A stretch of 64,000 bases of DNA from the IMG/VR virus record IMGVR_UViG_3300021338_000004, positions 1-64,000 of that record, one strand, 5' to 3'. Within the stretch, counting starts at the first letter, position 1. Each line of letters opens with the position of its first letter. This DNA comes from a virus. The notes beneath the pieces are model-generated. The model had not been told where the DNA came from and made no database searches. It saw nothing but the letters and a program-made list of their open reading frames with translations. The translations under genes were made by a program, and so were the position numbers. Shown here in pieces: positions 9,558 through 20,071 of the stretch.

Positions 9558-10148
9558 ATGGAGAGCGCTATGAAGCCACCACTGAACAGCTCAAGTCCTG
9601 CGGCAACGATCGCAATCGGTACGCTGACATCTGCAACGGAAATTAATAATAAGGAACCCTCTATGCCTGAAAAATACATTAGCTTTAACTACAACTGGCA
9701 GAGCGCTGACGTTGATATCGATCTCAATCGACACAGTGTACGAGCGCATTTGGCTGCGCTTATTCGCGGCTATGGGTCCAGCACAGAGAGCCTGGTGGTG
9801 GACTTTGTGAACGGCACCTTCCGCTTTATCAGCCAGTACGACAGCGTGCAGGCTGCATGGCAAAGACTCGATAGTCGTCAACAGGGATTTGTGGAGGCGT
9901 TTCGATCTCTAACGACTCAGCCCCACCTAGACGTACGCGCGCCAGATTTTCCGCAGACCTGGTTCAGAAGTGTAGTTGCCGCCAAGTTCCGCCAGCTTAG
10001 GGATCAAGCAGAAATAGACCAGCGGGTTGAGAAGCTACCTATCGAAGCTCAGGCTGCGCTGGCCGAACAGGCTGAACGGTTGATCCGAACAGAGGTTACC
10101 GCCGGCCCAGAAAAGGCTTGGACTATTCGCGTGTACGATGATGAGTAG
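9558..10148 (+). CDS. Hypothetical protein (true start probably 9663)
   Basis: ORF; AAGGA RBS before MPEKY. Confidence 0.6.
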   Translation: MESAMKPPLNSSSPAATIAIGTLTSATEINNKEPSMPEKYISFNYNWQSADVDIDLNRHSVRAHLAALIRGYGSSTESLVVDFVNGTFRFISQYDSVQAAWQRLDSRQQGFVEAFRSLTTQPHLDVRAPDFPQTWFRSVVAAKFRQLRDQAEIDQRVEKLPIEAQAALAEQAERLIRTEVTAGPEKAWTIRVYDDE

Positions 10149-10584
10149 CGATCCATTTGACGGCATTGCTGAGAGCGCCAAGATTCGCCGTCAGATGCGC
10201 GAGCTCTGCGACTATCCGACTCGGAGCTACAAGCTAAAGTTCATACGGTGCATGGAATTGGTGCATGCCCACCTGGGTCAATTGGGCTCAATTCTGCGCG
10301 AGAAAGACCGGGAGGTAGCACGCCTGAAAGACCTGCTAGGCCAGCGTGGTGAAGATCCGTATACCCGAGTGTCTGAGCAGCTACCACCACTGGATGTGCC
10401 GATCGTGGTTTGGGATGACTATAACAAGTGCTTCGACGCTATCCAGCTAAACCCCGGTGCTTTCTGGGGAGATAAGGAGGCAGAACTAAGAGCCTACTTG
10501 AGTAAGCACCATTACACCCACTGGCAACGCCTATCCCGACCCACTGATGTCATGAACACCATGACAAACCGGCTGGTGGATTAA
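10138..10584 (+). CDS. Phage protein with DUF551-like C-terminus
   Basis: VSEQLPP..VVWD..YTHWQRL.RP. Confidence 0.55.
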   Translation: MMSSDPFDGIAESAKIRRQMRELCDYPTRSYKLKFIRCMELVHAHLGQLGSILREKDREVARLKDLLGQRGEDPYTRVSEQLPPLDVPIVVWDDYNKCFDAIQLNPGAFWGDKEAELRAYLSKHHYTHWQRLSRPTDVMNTMTNRLVD

Positions 10585-10597
10585 CATAAGCCAAAAG

Positions 10598-10626
10598 AAA
10601 GGGGGTGCTTATTAATCACCCCCTTT
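10598..10626. terminator. Bidirectional terminator between the island and darB
   Basis: AAAGGGGGTG..CACCCCCTTT. Confidence 0.7.
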
Positions 10627-10637
10627 GTGGTCCTTTT

Positions 10638-13600
10638 TTAACTCAGAAGTTCGTAAAGGCGCTGCAGGTCAACATGCGCCGGCACATACCACCACGCCCC
10701 ACTAAAGCCCTCCTGATCACAACAGAACTGTGCGCCATACTGGCTTTTGAGCAGTTCCTTGTTTCTGAACAGTGTGCCCGACTTTCCATAGTCATCCTGC
10801 AGGAACAGATAACCGAATTTCGACAAGGTTTTACTACGTCGATAACGCCCGCGACCCGCGATGGTTAGTTCTGCGCTGTTATAGCGCACTGCCAGGCCAA
10901 GGCGCTTAAATGCCTCGCTAATATGGCCCGGAACCTCTTTGAAGTCCGGGTCGTTGCGCAAGTCCTCTTCAGTCTGTCGTATGCGTTCTGCTTTGGCTTC
11001 ATTTCTTCGCAGCTCTAGCTCTGCAAATACGCTATCCAGATACTGGCGAGTTACCAGAGAAATGTCCTGATGGTTATCTCCTACGGCATAGAGCATGTTT
11101 TCAATTTCATTCTGAATGTGCCGGCGCTCTTGAATAAAACGAGTGTACAACGCTTCATCACCGGTTGTGCCGTTGTACGTCTGCATTTCTGGCTCTTTGC
11201 TGAACGCATCCCAGTATGCCGCTGCTTTCTCGGTGATCTCAGCTGCAGTGAGCTTTGTCCCGTAGTTGGCGACTTCTTCGCGCCACATGCTGCCAAAGAA
11301 GACCGGCATAACCTTGGTGAGCGTCCAGATAGAAGGGTCGTTGCTGCGGGTCATGTCCAGATACATCAATGCCAGCTCTTTGCGTAGATTCTCATCACTG
11401 GGATCCGGCAATACCAACTGGTTTATATCATGAGCATCACCCTGAGCCGCAATCAGCTTGCCAGCACTATCACGGAACAGATACCCGCCATAAGACGCCA
11501 GCTTTATCTCGCTCTTATGGGTGATCAGTAAATCCTTGTCGTATTCAGCGAGATTCGCGTACTCCATAGGCGTAGACAACATCTGTCGTACCTGGATGTC
11601 TTCATCGCTTAGTTCAACCGGTATTAGGTCTTCCTGCAGCAATGCGATGTCTACGGACTGTTCATTACGCCCATAATGAAAACGCCCAATGACCGCCTCT
11701 ACGGTGATTTTGCGCTCTTCCAGATCAACAGACTTGATGCGCAAAATATTGGAGCTTCCATCTGCATTGCGGCGCTCAAGATACTGGCCTTCATGAACAA
11801 CCGATGCGGTGTTCCCGATGTTACGGGTGATCGCGTTCAATGGGTTGTTGATCAGCGCTTCACTGAATGGCAGTTCATTCTGACGGGCTTTGGCTTCCAG
11901 ATAGCCGCGGCGCTGCTTGATCTTGCTCTCCAGGTTGTCACGGATCTCATCCCACTTGGCATCCAAGGCGCTCAGGGCGCGCTCCGTCGTGCTTAGCGAG
12001 TACTCCGCATCCTCAACCTTCTTCTGCAGTTCTGCATCATCCGGTTCGTCCTTAGCCTTCTGACGAATGCGCTCCAAGCTTGCGCGGCGTCTCTGCTGGC
12101 GCTCAGTCAGGGTGGCGTGTTCAGCATCCTTGTCCGCTTCCAGGCTCTCCAGCTGACGCACAGCATAGCTGAGCTGACTGAATTGGTTGATGGTCGCGTT
12201 ATCCTGCTTACGGCGCTTCTCAGCCTGTTGCTGGGCCAGTTTCTCCAGGCGGCGGGCTTTCGCTGCTTCCGGGTCTGACTCCAGCATGTCGAGGTAGTCA
12301 TCAGCAGCGAAGGCATTCGCGTTGCTGGCTTCTACATCCTTGCCGTTCAGGATGTCGCGCATCCAGTTGGATTTTTGTTTCAGCAGGTTCAGACGGAACT
12401 CATCAAACGAGCCTTTGCCCATGTAGTAATACAGGGAGACACGTTTGGCGGTGTTGCCCTGGCGCACACCGCGACCGTTACGCTGCTGAATACTGGCTGG
12501 AGTCCAGGGCAAGGTCAGATGATGAATCGCGGTGGTGCCCTTCTGTAGGTTTACCCCCACTTCTGCTTTCTTGTTACAGATAACGATCTTGAGGCTACCA
12601 CGGTTGTAGGCGTCGGAGATCTTCTGCAGCTTCTTGCCCTTGGCCGCTTCACCGTTGATGATGCCGATCTCTTTGCGGTCGATCGGCAAGTGATGCACCA
12701 GGAGGCGCGCAATCTTCTCATGCTGGGATTTCTCCTCAGTGAAGATGATCTGCTTACCCCCGGATTCATGTTCAGACAGCAGCTTCTGCATCAGCTTCGC
12801 ATATTTTGGTGTCAGTGGGTGTGATACCTCAGAAAGCTCAATGCTCACGCCCGGCATACGAGAAACGATTGCATCCTCAAACGCTTCCGGCACCACCAGC
12901 GTCATAGGATCCGCCTGGGCATCTAAGGTGTAATCAAACTCAACCGTGGAGTTGACGTTCTTACCCTCTTCCTCATCGTAGATCTTAACCTTGACGGTCT
13001 TCGGCACCTCCGTCAGCAGCTTTTCCAGATTGGCGCGATACTTGGCCGGCACCCGGAAGGTCATCGTGTGGTTATACAGGTCCATGTCGGTGGTTACGCG
13101 GTCCATATCACGGATCACGCTGAACATGGATATCTGTTTTCCTTTCTGCTGACTGCGTGGTTTCGCGGCTTCTTTAGCGAGCTCACGCAGCTGTTCGTAC
13201 AGTTCCTCCTGCTCATCGCTCATGTCTACGAATTCATTGGATTCAGGCGCGTCTGGAAGCTCCAGACCCACGTCATCCGCATTGCGCAGCAGCGTATAGC
13301 GGTGGAACAGGTTGCGTAGACCATCCAGGTTCTGGAAGCCCACCAGGCCATCGGAGTCCACCAGCTCGCCCGATACTTTCTGGCGGGTAACGGTTTCCAC
13401 CTTGCCGAACACGCGCACAAAGTCGTCGGCGGTGTAGACGCCGTAACGTTCGAACTCCTCCACCGGAATTAGCAGGGACAGCATGTTGTAGATCTCCAAC
13501 GGACTATTGGTGATCGGTGTTGCGGTTAGTAGAACAGGGCCGCGACCGGCGTTCTGGTCTCGCAAGTGCGCCATCTTCATGGCCATGTCGCGTGCGCGCT

Positions 13601-16600
13601 GACTGGAGACCGGTGTCGGCAGATAGGCAATACGCTGAGACTCTTTGCCCGCTTCGTAGCTGTTCTTGAAGTGATGAGCTTCATCCACAATCACGGACTG
13701 GAAGTTCATGTCTTCGAAGTATGGGTATTCGCCTTTCTTATTGGTCCCTTCATCGCTGTAGGCCTGTCGTACCTTGTCGGTACGTTTCGCCTCGTTGTAG
13801 GACAGGCGATCACCGCCTTTGCCCATATCTACTTTTTCGCCGGCAATGGCCTCCACCGCATCGCGCTGGCTAATCAGGTCACGCTCAACCCATTTATCTG
13901 CGTATTTCTCTTTGGTGCGGGCGCGCATCGGAATCATGCCGAAGCGCTCCTGAGACATTACGATCTTGGATTTGGAGGTGTGCGGAATCTGGTGCATCTT
14001 GTCATAAATGGTCTGGGCATCATCTTCCACCAGAACATCTTGATACATCAGCTCGCCGGTAAACTTGTTTTTCTTCGGATTGCCCTCTTCATCCAATACA
14101 AGCTCGCGTTCGACGTTGCCATCCTTGCCGGCTTTCGGGCTAAAACCGATAAACAGCACGTCCTCCATGGTGCCAAGGAATGTATTGTGCTCGTGATACC
14201 AGTTACCCAGGACATTGTTTGGAACTACGGTCGCAGTGCGGTTCGCACGCCCCATCTGTTTGTTGTAGGTCGCCAGCGCGATCGCAGAGAAGGTTTTGCC
14301 CAGGCCAACGTCGTCAGCCAGGATGCCGCGCCCCTCTTCCGACATGCGACGGATACCTGCGTTTTGATACCCATGCGGTTTAATGGTGTCCGGGACGCCC
14401 TTCAGCTCCAATGAGTTCTCCTCATAGCTCATTGGAATGTAGCCATTGAACTTCTGGTTGTACTGCGCCTGCAGCTGTTCGGCGTCCTGGTGCTGCTGCA
14501 TGAAGATGGTGAACTCTTCTTCCAGCGCTTTGACCCGGTCTTTGTATTCCTGGATGTATTCCGCCTTGCTTGAAGTGATCGCGTTGCCGTTCAGGTAGCG
14601 ATTCATCTGCTTCAGGAACCCGGTTTCATCCATGTAGCCGTAGAATTCACCGAAAGGTGAGCTGGTATCATTGGTAAGCTCTTTCTCCCAGTATTTTTCG
14701 CCGGTATCGGGATCCTCGCGCTGTACGTCCTTTTCCACACCGTAGCGCAAGTGTCGATATCCCTTCTGCTCAAAAAACTCCAGGATGTATTTTCGATCAA
14801 ACCATTTTTGGTTCAGGCCAAACGAGATGTCTTCCAGGCTGGTGGAATTCACCTTAGCGCTGATCTCATCGATCTGCGCTTGCCATTTGGCTTTCAGGCG
14901 TGGATCGCTTTCCTGGCTCATCGCCTTGGCCAGTGCTGCTGCTTTCGGGAACACCTCTCCGGAACAGAAACGGTTCATCGGCATCATGCGACCGTCTGCG
15001 GTAATGGCTACACCTGGCTCCTCTGCCAAATCGCCCAAGCTCTTCAGTGCACGCGGCCCGCGGTATAGCGCTTGCACATCCTCCAGGGTGATTTCGTCAA
15101 TCCCCTCGCGAATGTACAGATGCTCAATGATCGATTGCAGCAGTGTATCGTCGTACTGCTGCTGGTCGCTGGCGGACTCTCCGGACAATAGAGCAGAAAA
15201 ATTACCGTCCTGGTCGATCGAATTCCGGAATACCCCCAGGTAGCGGGCGCTGTCGCCCTCTAGCTGCAGGTGGCGATTCTTCTTTGGGTCGCCATAGCGG
15301 TTGTATTCCGCTGCAACGAGCTCCTGCAAGGCAACCAGATCACCGGTATCCGCGTCACCTGTGCGCTCCTGGTTCTGGTATCGGTTGATCAGCGTGCCAA
15401 TCAATGCGCCGCGAAAAACCTGCTCTTGAGCGGATGGCGCTTGTTCAGCTGCGAGCGCGATTGCAGCCTTCTGCTGATCGGTGAAAAGGTCCGGCCAGCT
15501 ATCGCTTGCGGCTTTGGCCTGCTGATAGGTTAGGTTTAGCGTGGATTGATTATGTGACAACAGGCCTTTCAGTTGTTCAATGCTGTCAGCGCCGTAGGTT
15601 TTGACATCAATGCCGGTCGGATTGTCCAGGCCGTGATCCACTTCCTGCCAGTCGCCACCACTCATAATGTATTCGCGGTCGTTCATGTAGCGGCGATCGC
15701 CTTCCGCGTAGTAGCGGATGACCGGTTCTGCCGTGTCCAGCAGCGCCCAATCAATGCGGCTATCAAATTTACGTGCCAGCGCCTGTTTAAGGCCGGCTTC
15801 GGTGATCTCGTTGTTGATCACACGGTCCTGGTCGCGAAACTTGTTCGGATCTTTCGGGACGAACGTACCCTGGATGAATGGTCGCCCTTCCGGTGATTTG
15901 AACCATTCGCCTTGGATAAACGTGTCCCAAACCACATTGGCTGCTTTCAGGGTGTCGATTGACATATCCTGAATGCGTGCGATCGCATCGCGGGAATGCT
16001 TGCGCAGAATGATGACATCGGTAACGACATCAGTGCCTTGGCGACCAAACGTTTTAGATGGCAGCTTATGCGCGCCCAGGAATTCCGCCACCTTGCTTAG
16101 CTGGGTGCGCCAGCGCTCCCACTTCGCACCACGCCCGCTGACGATATTGATGGGCACTACCAGCGCAATCAAGCCGCCAGGGCGGACCTTATCCACCACA
16201 CGGCGTACAAAGTAGCGCTCAATCAGCTTCTCTTTCTTGTACAGCGGATCGTCATGGGCGGATGCGCCGCGGGCATCGCCAAACGGCACGTTGCCGATAA
16301 TGGCGTCAAAGGTGTCGTCTTGCGCATCGACCGCCAGCTTCTCAAAGCTCTGGTTAAGGATCTGATCTTCTGGATGAAGAATGCGGTTCACGCCTGCGGA
16401 CAGAGGATCGATCTCCGTGCCGGTGATGCGTACGCCGTCATTTTTGGTGGCACTGAACACGCCGGATCCGGTGGCCGGCTCCAGGACATTGCCGTTCTCA
16501 AAGCCGTTGGCTTTCAGCATATCCCACACACCTTCAGCAACGTGCGTTGGTGTGAAGTATTCATACTGGCTGTTAACGGTTAAGCCGCCGCGACCGGAGT

Positions 16601-18302
16601 ACTGAACCAGGGTTTTTCGATCTTCCAGTGTCAGTGAATCCGCATTCCAGTCGCTTGCTTTGATTCGCTCCACGATGGCCGCTGCTTGCGCGTTCAGGTG
16701 TTCGCGAGTCTTTACGCCACTTGCCTTGAGGCCGAACTCTATCGCCTCGTCAGCGGCTTCTGAGTCGCCCTGTGCCTGCAACTCGATCCCTGTGAATTCC
16801 TGGAGCGCTTGATCAATCTTGGCTTTGCTGGCGGGCAACCGAATGCCAGTTAGCTTAGTAAAGCCTCGTTTTAAGTGGGTATTGACCCCTTTAGGGTGCG
16901 CCAGCAGTGTCTGCAGCACGGTAAAGTCCCGTGCGGTGACCGCATCCACCAGCTGTTTAACGAGGCCTGTAGGCTCATCGACTGGCACGCCCTGTGGATA
17001 AATAATCGATTCTGCTTCAGCAGTCAGCTTTTCGATATCGACCGGCGGCGCAACTGCCTCCAGGAATGCCGCCTCCAGTTCATCTACGCTGGTGGCCGCC
17101 ATGATCTTCTGAATGGCAGGGCTTTCTTCGCCGGCACTGTCCAGAATGTCAGTGAGCTCAACATGCAGTTCCTGCATGGCTTCCGGGCTAATGCCTGACA
17201 GAAAATGGGAAAACGCATGCTGGTCAATGGCCGTTTCATCGCTCGCACTATCCAGCAGGGATACTTTGCCCGCACCGTCGCCATCCAGATAAAACTCTAC
17301 TTTGTCATCGCCTTGCTTGGATACCACGACATTGGTGCCCGCACCGTCATGCGTGTACTTGGATATTGTTTCCAGCATTTTGCGCAGCGCGTTATAACCG
17401 TCATGGTCATGCGTAGCCACTTTCAGCACCAGGTCGCGTACTTTTCCGGCACCATCCATCACGAACTGCAACGGGATTTCTACCTTGTGCTCTTTCGCGC
17501 GATGTTTGTTGCCGAACAGCAGGTAACGAAAGTCTTCGACCTTCATCGTGCTGATGGGCCCAAGGAAACGATCGTCGTCATAATGCGCCAGATAGGCGTC
17601 ACGCGCGGCCTGCTGGTTAGGGAAGCCGATGAACACCTTGTCTTCGTCAAAGTAGGCAGAGCATGCACAATGGTGTGGATGCTCATGGCAGTCAGGACAG
17701 GTGTCGTCTTTCCACGCTTTTACCTTCTCAATCGCATGCTGTTTGACGATGTACACATGCTTTGCACTGCGATCGGGGCCGATGTAGCAATCCACACCCT
17801 CGCCATCTTCGCCGATGGTGCCGCGGATATAGCCGTAATCGTTACGCATGGTAATAGACCAAGCATGACCGTCTGGGTCTTTGCCTTCACGCTTGGAGCC
17901 GGCCTTATTTTCGATGGATATCGGCATGCCCTGGAATTGATATCGATCCTGCAGACGGAAGTCTGTTTTTTTCTTCAGGTGAAGGTCGTTCATGGCGCTG
18001 TCTAGCAGCGGCTGATTGTTCAGGTCTTCCGGGTATTCCTGATGCTCGCCTTCCAGGATCTCTACGTCAAAGTCAGCGGATTTTTTGAGTGTGTAGTGAA
18101 GCGACATTGGCTCCATGTCTGGGTGTCGCGCGATGCGCCCCAGTGGGCTCATGCCGTTGCGGGTTAACTCATCTTCCAGGAAGGTCTTGGATAACTCATC
18201 ACCGTCCAAATGGACCGTACCACGACGGTCCCATGGTGCATCAATGGTGGCCGTCACAAATCCACCACCGTCATTAGTGGAGACTTTGAACTTATATGTC
18301 AT
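10638..18302 (-). CDS. darB: DarB-like antirestriction protein (N6-adenine MTase plus SNF2 helicase) with an N-terminal InPase-containing extension
   Basis: YFTP, VLEPATGSG, IGNVPFG; ILADDVGLGKT, VDEAHHFKN, TATPITNSPLE, QRNGRGVRQGN. Confidence 0.92.
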   Translation of the reverse strand: MTYKFKVSTNDGGGFVTATIDAPWDRRGTVHLDGDELSKTFLEDELTRNGMSPLGRIARHPDMEPMSLHYTLKKSADFDVEILEGEHQEYPEDLNNQPLLDSAMNDLHLKKKTDFRLQDRYQFQGMPISIENKAGSKREGKDPDGHAWSITMRNDYGYIRGTIGEDGEGVDCYIGPDRSAKHVYIVKQHAIEKVKAWKDDTCPDCHEHPHHCACSAYFDEDKVFIGFPNQQAARDAYLAHYDDDRFLGPISTMKVEDFRYLLFGNKHRAKEHKVEIPLQFVMDGAGKVRDLVLKVATHDHDGYNALRKMLETISKYTHDGAGTNVVVSKQGDDKVEFYLDGDGAGKVSLLDSASDETAIDQHAFSHFLSGISPEAMQELHVELTDILDSAGEESPAIQKIMAATSVDELEAAFLEAVAPPVDIEKLTAEAESIIYPQGVPVDEPTGLVKQLVDAVTARDFTVLQTLLAHPKGVNTHLKRGFTKLTGIRLPASKAKIDQALQEFTGIELQAQGDSEAADEAIEFGLKASGVKTREHLNAQAAAIVERIKASDWNADSLTLEDRKTLVQYSGRGGLTVNSQYEYFTPTHVAEGVWDMLKANGFENGNVLEPATGSGVFSATKNDGVRITGTEIDPLSAGVNRILHPEDQILNQSFEKLAVDAQDDTFDAIIGNVPFGDARGASAHDDPLYKKEKLIERYFVRRVVDKVRPGGLIALVVPINIVSGRGAKWERWRTQLSKVAEFLGAHKLPSKTFGRQGTDVVTDVIILRKHSRDAIARIQDMSIDTLKAANVVWDTFIQGEWFKSPEGRPFIQGTFVPKDPNKFRDQDRVINNEITEAGLKQALARKFDSRIDWALLDTAEPVIRYYAEGDRRYMNDREYIMSGGDWQEVDHGLDNPTGIDVKTYGADSIEQLKGLLSHNQSTLNLTYQQAKAASDSWPDLFTDQQKAAIALAAEQAPSAQEQVFRGALIGTLINRYQNQERTGDADTGDLVALQELVAAEYNRYGDPKKNRHLQLEGDSARYLGVFRNSIDQDGNFSALLSGESASDQQQYDDTLLQSIIEHLYIREGIDEITLEDVQALYRGPRALKSLGDLAEEPGVAITADGRMMPMNRFCSGEVFPKAAALAKAMSQESDPRLKAKWQAQIDEISAKVNSTSLEDISFGLNQKWFDRKYILEFFEQKGYRHLRYGVEKDVQREDPDTGEKYWEKELTNDTSSPFGEFYGYMDETGFLKQMNRYLNGNAITSSKAEYIQEYKDRVKALEEEFTIFMQQHQDAEQLQAQYNQKFNGYIPMSYEENSLELKGVPDTIKPHGYQNAGIRRMSEEGRGILADDVGLGKTFSAIALATYNKQMGRANRTATVVPNNVLGNWYHEHNTFLGTMEDVLFIGFSPKAGKDGNVERELVLDEEGNPKKNKFTGELMYQDVLVEDDAQTIYDKMHQIPHTSKSKIVMSQERFGMIPMRARTKEKYADKWVERDLISQRDAVEAIAGEKVDMGKGGDRLSYNEAKRTDKVRQAYSDEGTNKKGEYPYFEDMNFQSVIVDEAHHFKNSYEAGKESQRIAYLPTPVSSQRARDMAMKMAHLRDQNAGRGPVLLTATPITNSPLEIYNMLSLLIPVEEFERYGVYTADDFVRVFGKVETVTRQKVSGELVDSDGLVGFQNLDGLRNLFHRYTLLRNADDVGLELPDAPESNEFVDMSDEQEELYEQLRELAKEAAKPRSQQKGKQISMFSVIRDMDRVTTDMDLYNHTMTFRVPAKYRANLEKLLTEVPKTVKVKIYDEEEGKNVNSTVEFDYTLDAQADPMTLVVPEAFEDAIVSRMPGVSIELSEVSHPLTPKYAKLMQKLLSEHESGGKQIIFTEEKSQHEKIARLLVHHLPIDRKEIGIINGEAAKGKKLQKISDAYNRGSLKIVICNKKAEVGVNLQKGTTAIHHLTLPWTPASIQQRNGRGVRQGNTAKRVSLYYYMGKGSFDEFRLNLLKQKSNWMRDILNGKDVEASNANAFAADDYLDMLESDPEAAKARRLEKLAQQQAEKRRKQDNATINQFSQLSYAVRQLESLEADKDAEHATLTERQQRRRASLERIRQKAKDEPDDAELQKKVEDAEYSLSTTERALSALDAKWDEIRDNLESKIKQRRGYLEAKARQNELPFSEALINNPLNAITRNIGNTASVVHEGQYLERRNADGSSNILRIKSVDLEERKITVEAVIGRFHYGRNEQSVDIALLQEDLIPVELSDEDIQVRQMLSTPMEYANLAEYDKDLLITHKSEIKLASYGGYLFRDSAGKLIAAQGDAHDINQLVLPDPSDENLRKELALMYLDMTRSNDPSIWTLTKVMPVFFGSMWREEVANYGTKLTAAEITEKAAAYWDAFSKEPEMQTYNGTTGDEALYTRFIQERRHIQNEIENMLYAVGDNHQDISLVTRQYLDSVFAELELRRNEAKAERIRQTEEDLRNDPDFKEVPGHISEAFKRLGLAVRYNSAELTIAGRGRYRRSKTLSKFGYLFLQDDYGKSGTLFRNKELLKSQYGAQFCCDQEGFSGAWWYVPAHVDLQRLYELLS

Positions 18303-18317
18303 GGTGAAGTTTCCTTG

Positions 18318-20069
18318 CTACTTCAGCCTGGGCAGCTCCTGTCCTTCGCGATACCACTCAGGGGCGCGTTGATGTAGGACTAGCATCTGTATCTGCTCGG
18401 CGGTTGATTGGATACCCTGCTCATTCAGCAATGACAGGTAGATGTAGGTTTTTGCCTGCACCTCTGTCTGGAAGTAGAAAAGATTTCGACCACCTTTTTC
18501 CACACCAAAAAAATGTTTGGCTGGAGTACCGTTGCGCTTTGCGATTTGTAGCGGGTAGATACTGTAGTCGTGTAGCTGCTGACGCTGAGCTTCAGCGTCT
18601 GTCCATGCCAGGGATGAAAGATGCTTGCGCGTAGCTTTGAGAAAGGTGTAGCCGCGAAGCTGTTCGCCGAACGTGCGCTGCTGGCGCTCGCGCTCAAGGC
18701 CTGACATTCCAGTCAGTAGACCGATCATCATATCGAACATTTCACGGTCGGCATTAAAGAGAGCGTACATTCGTTCCGGGTCGGTCAGCTGCTGCATCCC
18801 CATGGAGATGACCTCGGTGTAACCGCCGTCGTACACCTTGCCAACATAAGGGTCGAAGAACTTATCGCGAATGGCCTGCTCTGATGGTCGGTAGCGGCGA
18901 TTGTCCGTGATGTCCTGAAGCGGCTCAGGCTCGCCCGTCGTGCCCCTGGTTTTTACAAAGTCGTTGGATAACGCTTTGATTGCGGGGTCTGCTTCCAAAA
19001 GGTGTGACAATTCATGCCAAAGCACGGTTTTATCGAAGTCGCCATCAACCATGATCTCTGAACGACCGATATACGCATGCGCGCGCTCACTGCCATCTGA
19101 GCTGATTGTGACTTTATCCAAGCGGCCTTGGGTAAGCTGATAATACTCTGCTAGGTCACGACGTAACTGAGGTGCTTGATATCCCTGCCGGCGCAAACGG
19201 TTCATGGCTGTTGGAGATATCTGTTGCATAGATGCCCAGGCTTCGGCCTCTTCCTGGGATACCGGGGACTCCTGGATAAGTGCATCGTACAGTGGACGCA
19301 TCATCTTAACGCACAGAAAACGACGTTTGCGCGTCAGGTCTTTGATCTTTTGCCGGTCTTCGCTACTCAGAACAATCTGCTCATCAGTCCACTGGGAATA
19401 TACCGGGTCGATGTATTGATCATATAGATCTTCGATGTGCTGCTTCTGGTTGGAAAACTCTTGCTTGAGCGCTGAAAGCTTTGCCTTTCGGATATCAGGA
19501 GATAGATTCTGATCTTTAGCGATCGACTGAGATTCAGCCACCAGGGCCGTTAGCTGATCTTCTTTTTCATCAATTCCATGTTCGGACTTTAAGTGCTCAA
19601 GTGTCTTTAGGAACTCTGATTCATCGCGCTGTGCAGCATCTTTGATGGACTTGATGGTTGAGGTGGCATCCTGGATGCCATCGCTCAATAGTTTGGCTTC
19701 GTGATCATCCAGGAAGCGGGTGGTCTGGTTGCCGGCCGCAGTCACACCCAGACGCTTTACCGCCCCTGCTTCATCACTCAACAAAAAGCTTGTGGCAAGA
19801 CTGTGCAGGCTGAATCCCGATTCACGCTCAACCGCGCTATAGCGCTCCATCGGGTAATAACGCTGAAGGTCCGCTTTTAGGTCTGTTATTTCACGATGAG
19901 CGCTGGCCTTGTCCGTGATGGTGGCGCGGGGATTTAACAAAACATCAGCCGCCCGGGTGATGCGGGCGACCTGCTCTTCTTTACTCTGGCCCAGTATCCG
20001 AAAGAAGACGGCTTCTAAGCCGTCCATGGTGGTGACGGAATGCAGGGCTTTCAGCAATTCTTTATTCAT
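18318..20069 (-). CDS. ddrB: DdrB-like protein with zincin metallopeptidase (MPTase) domain
   Basis: RAHA..VLWHELSHLLE..YVGKVY..TEVISMGMQ; position after ddrA. Confidence 0.7.
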   Translation of the reverse strand: MNKELLKALHSVTTMDGLEAVFFRILGQSKEEQVARITRAADVLLNPRATITDKASAHREITDLKADLQRYYPMERYSAVERESGFSLHSLATSFLLSDEAGAVKRLGVTAAGNQTTRFLDDHEAKLLSDGIQDATSTIKSIKDAAQRDESEFLKTLEHLKSEHGIDEKEDQLTALVAESQSIAKDQNLSPDIRKAKLSALKQEFSNQKQHIEDLYDQYIDPVYSQWTDEQIVLSSEDRQKIKDLTRKRRFLCVKMMRPLYDALIQESPVSQEEAEAWASMQQISPTAMNRLRRQGYQAPQLRRDLAEYYQLTQGRLDKVTISSDGSERAHAYIGRSEIMVDGDFDKTVLWHELSHLLEADPAIKALSNDFVKTRGTTGEPEPLQDITDNRRYRPSEQAIRDKFFDPYVGKVYDGGYTEVISMGMQQLTDPERMYALFNADREMFDMMIGLLTGMSGLERERQQRTFGEQLRGYTFLKATRKHLSSLAWTDAEAQRQQLHDYSIYPLQIAKRNGTPAKHFFGVEKGGRNLFYFQTEVQAKTYIYLSLLNEQGIQSTAEQIQMLVLHQRAPEWYREGQELPRLK

Positions 20070-20071
20070 GC

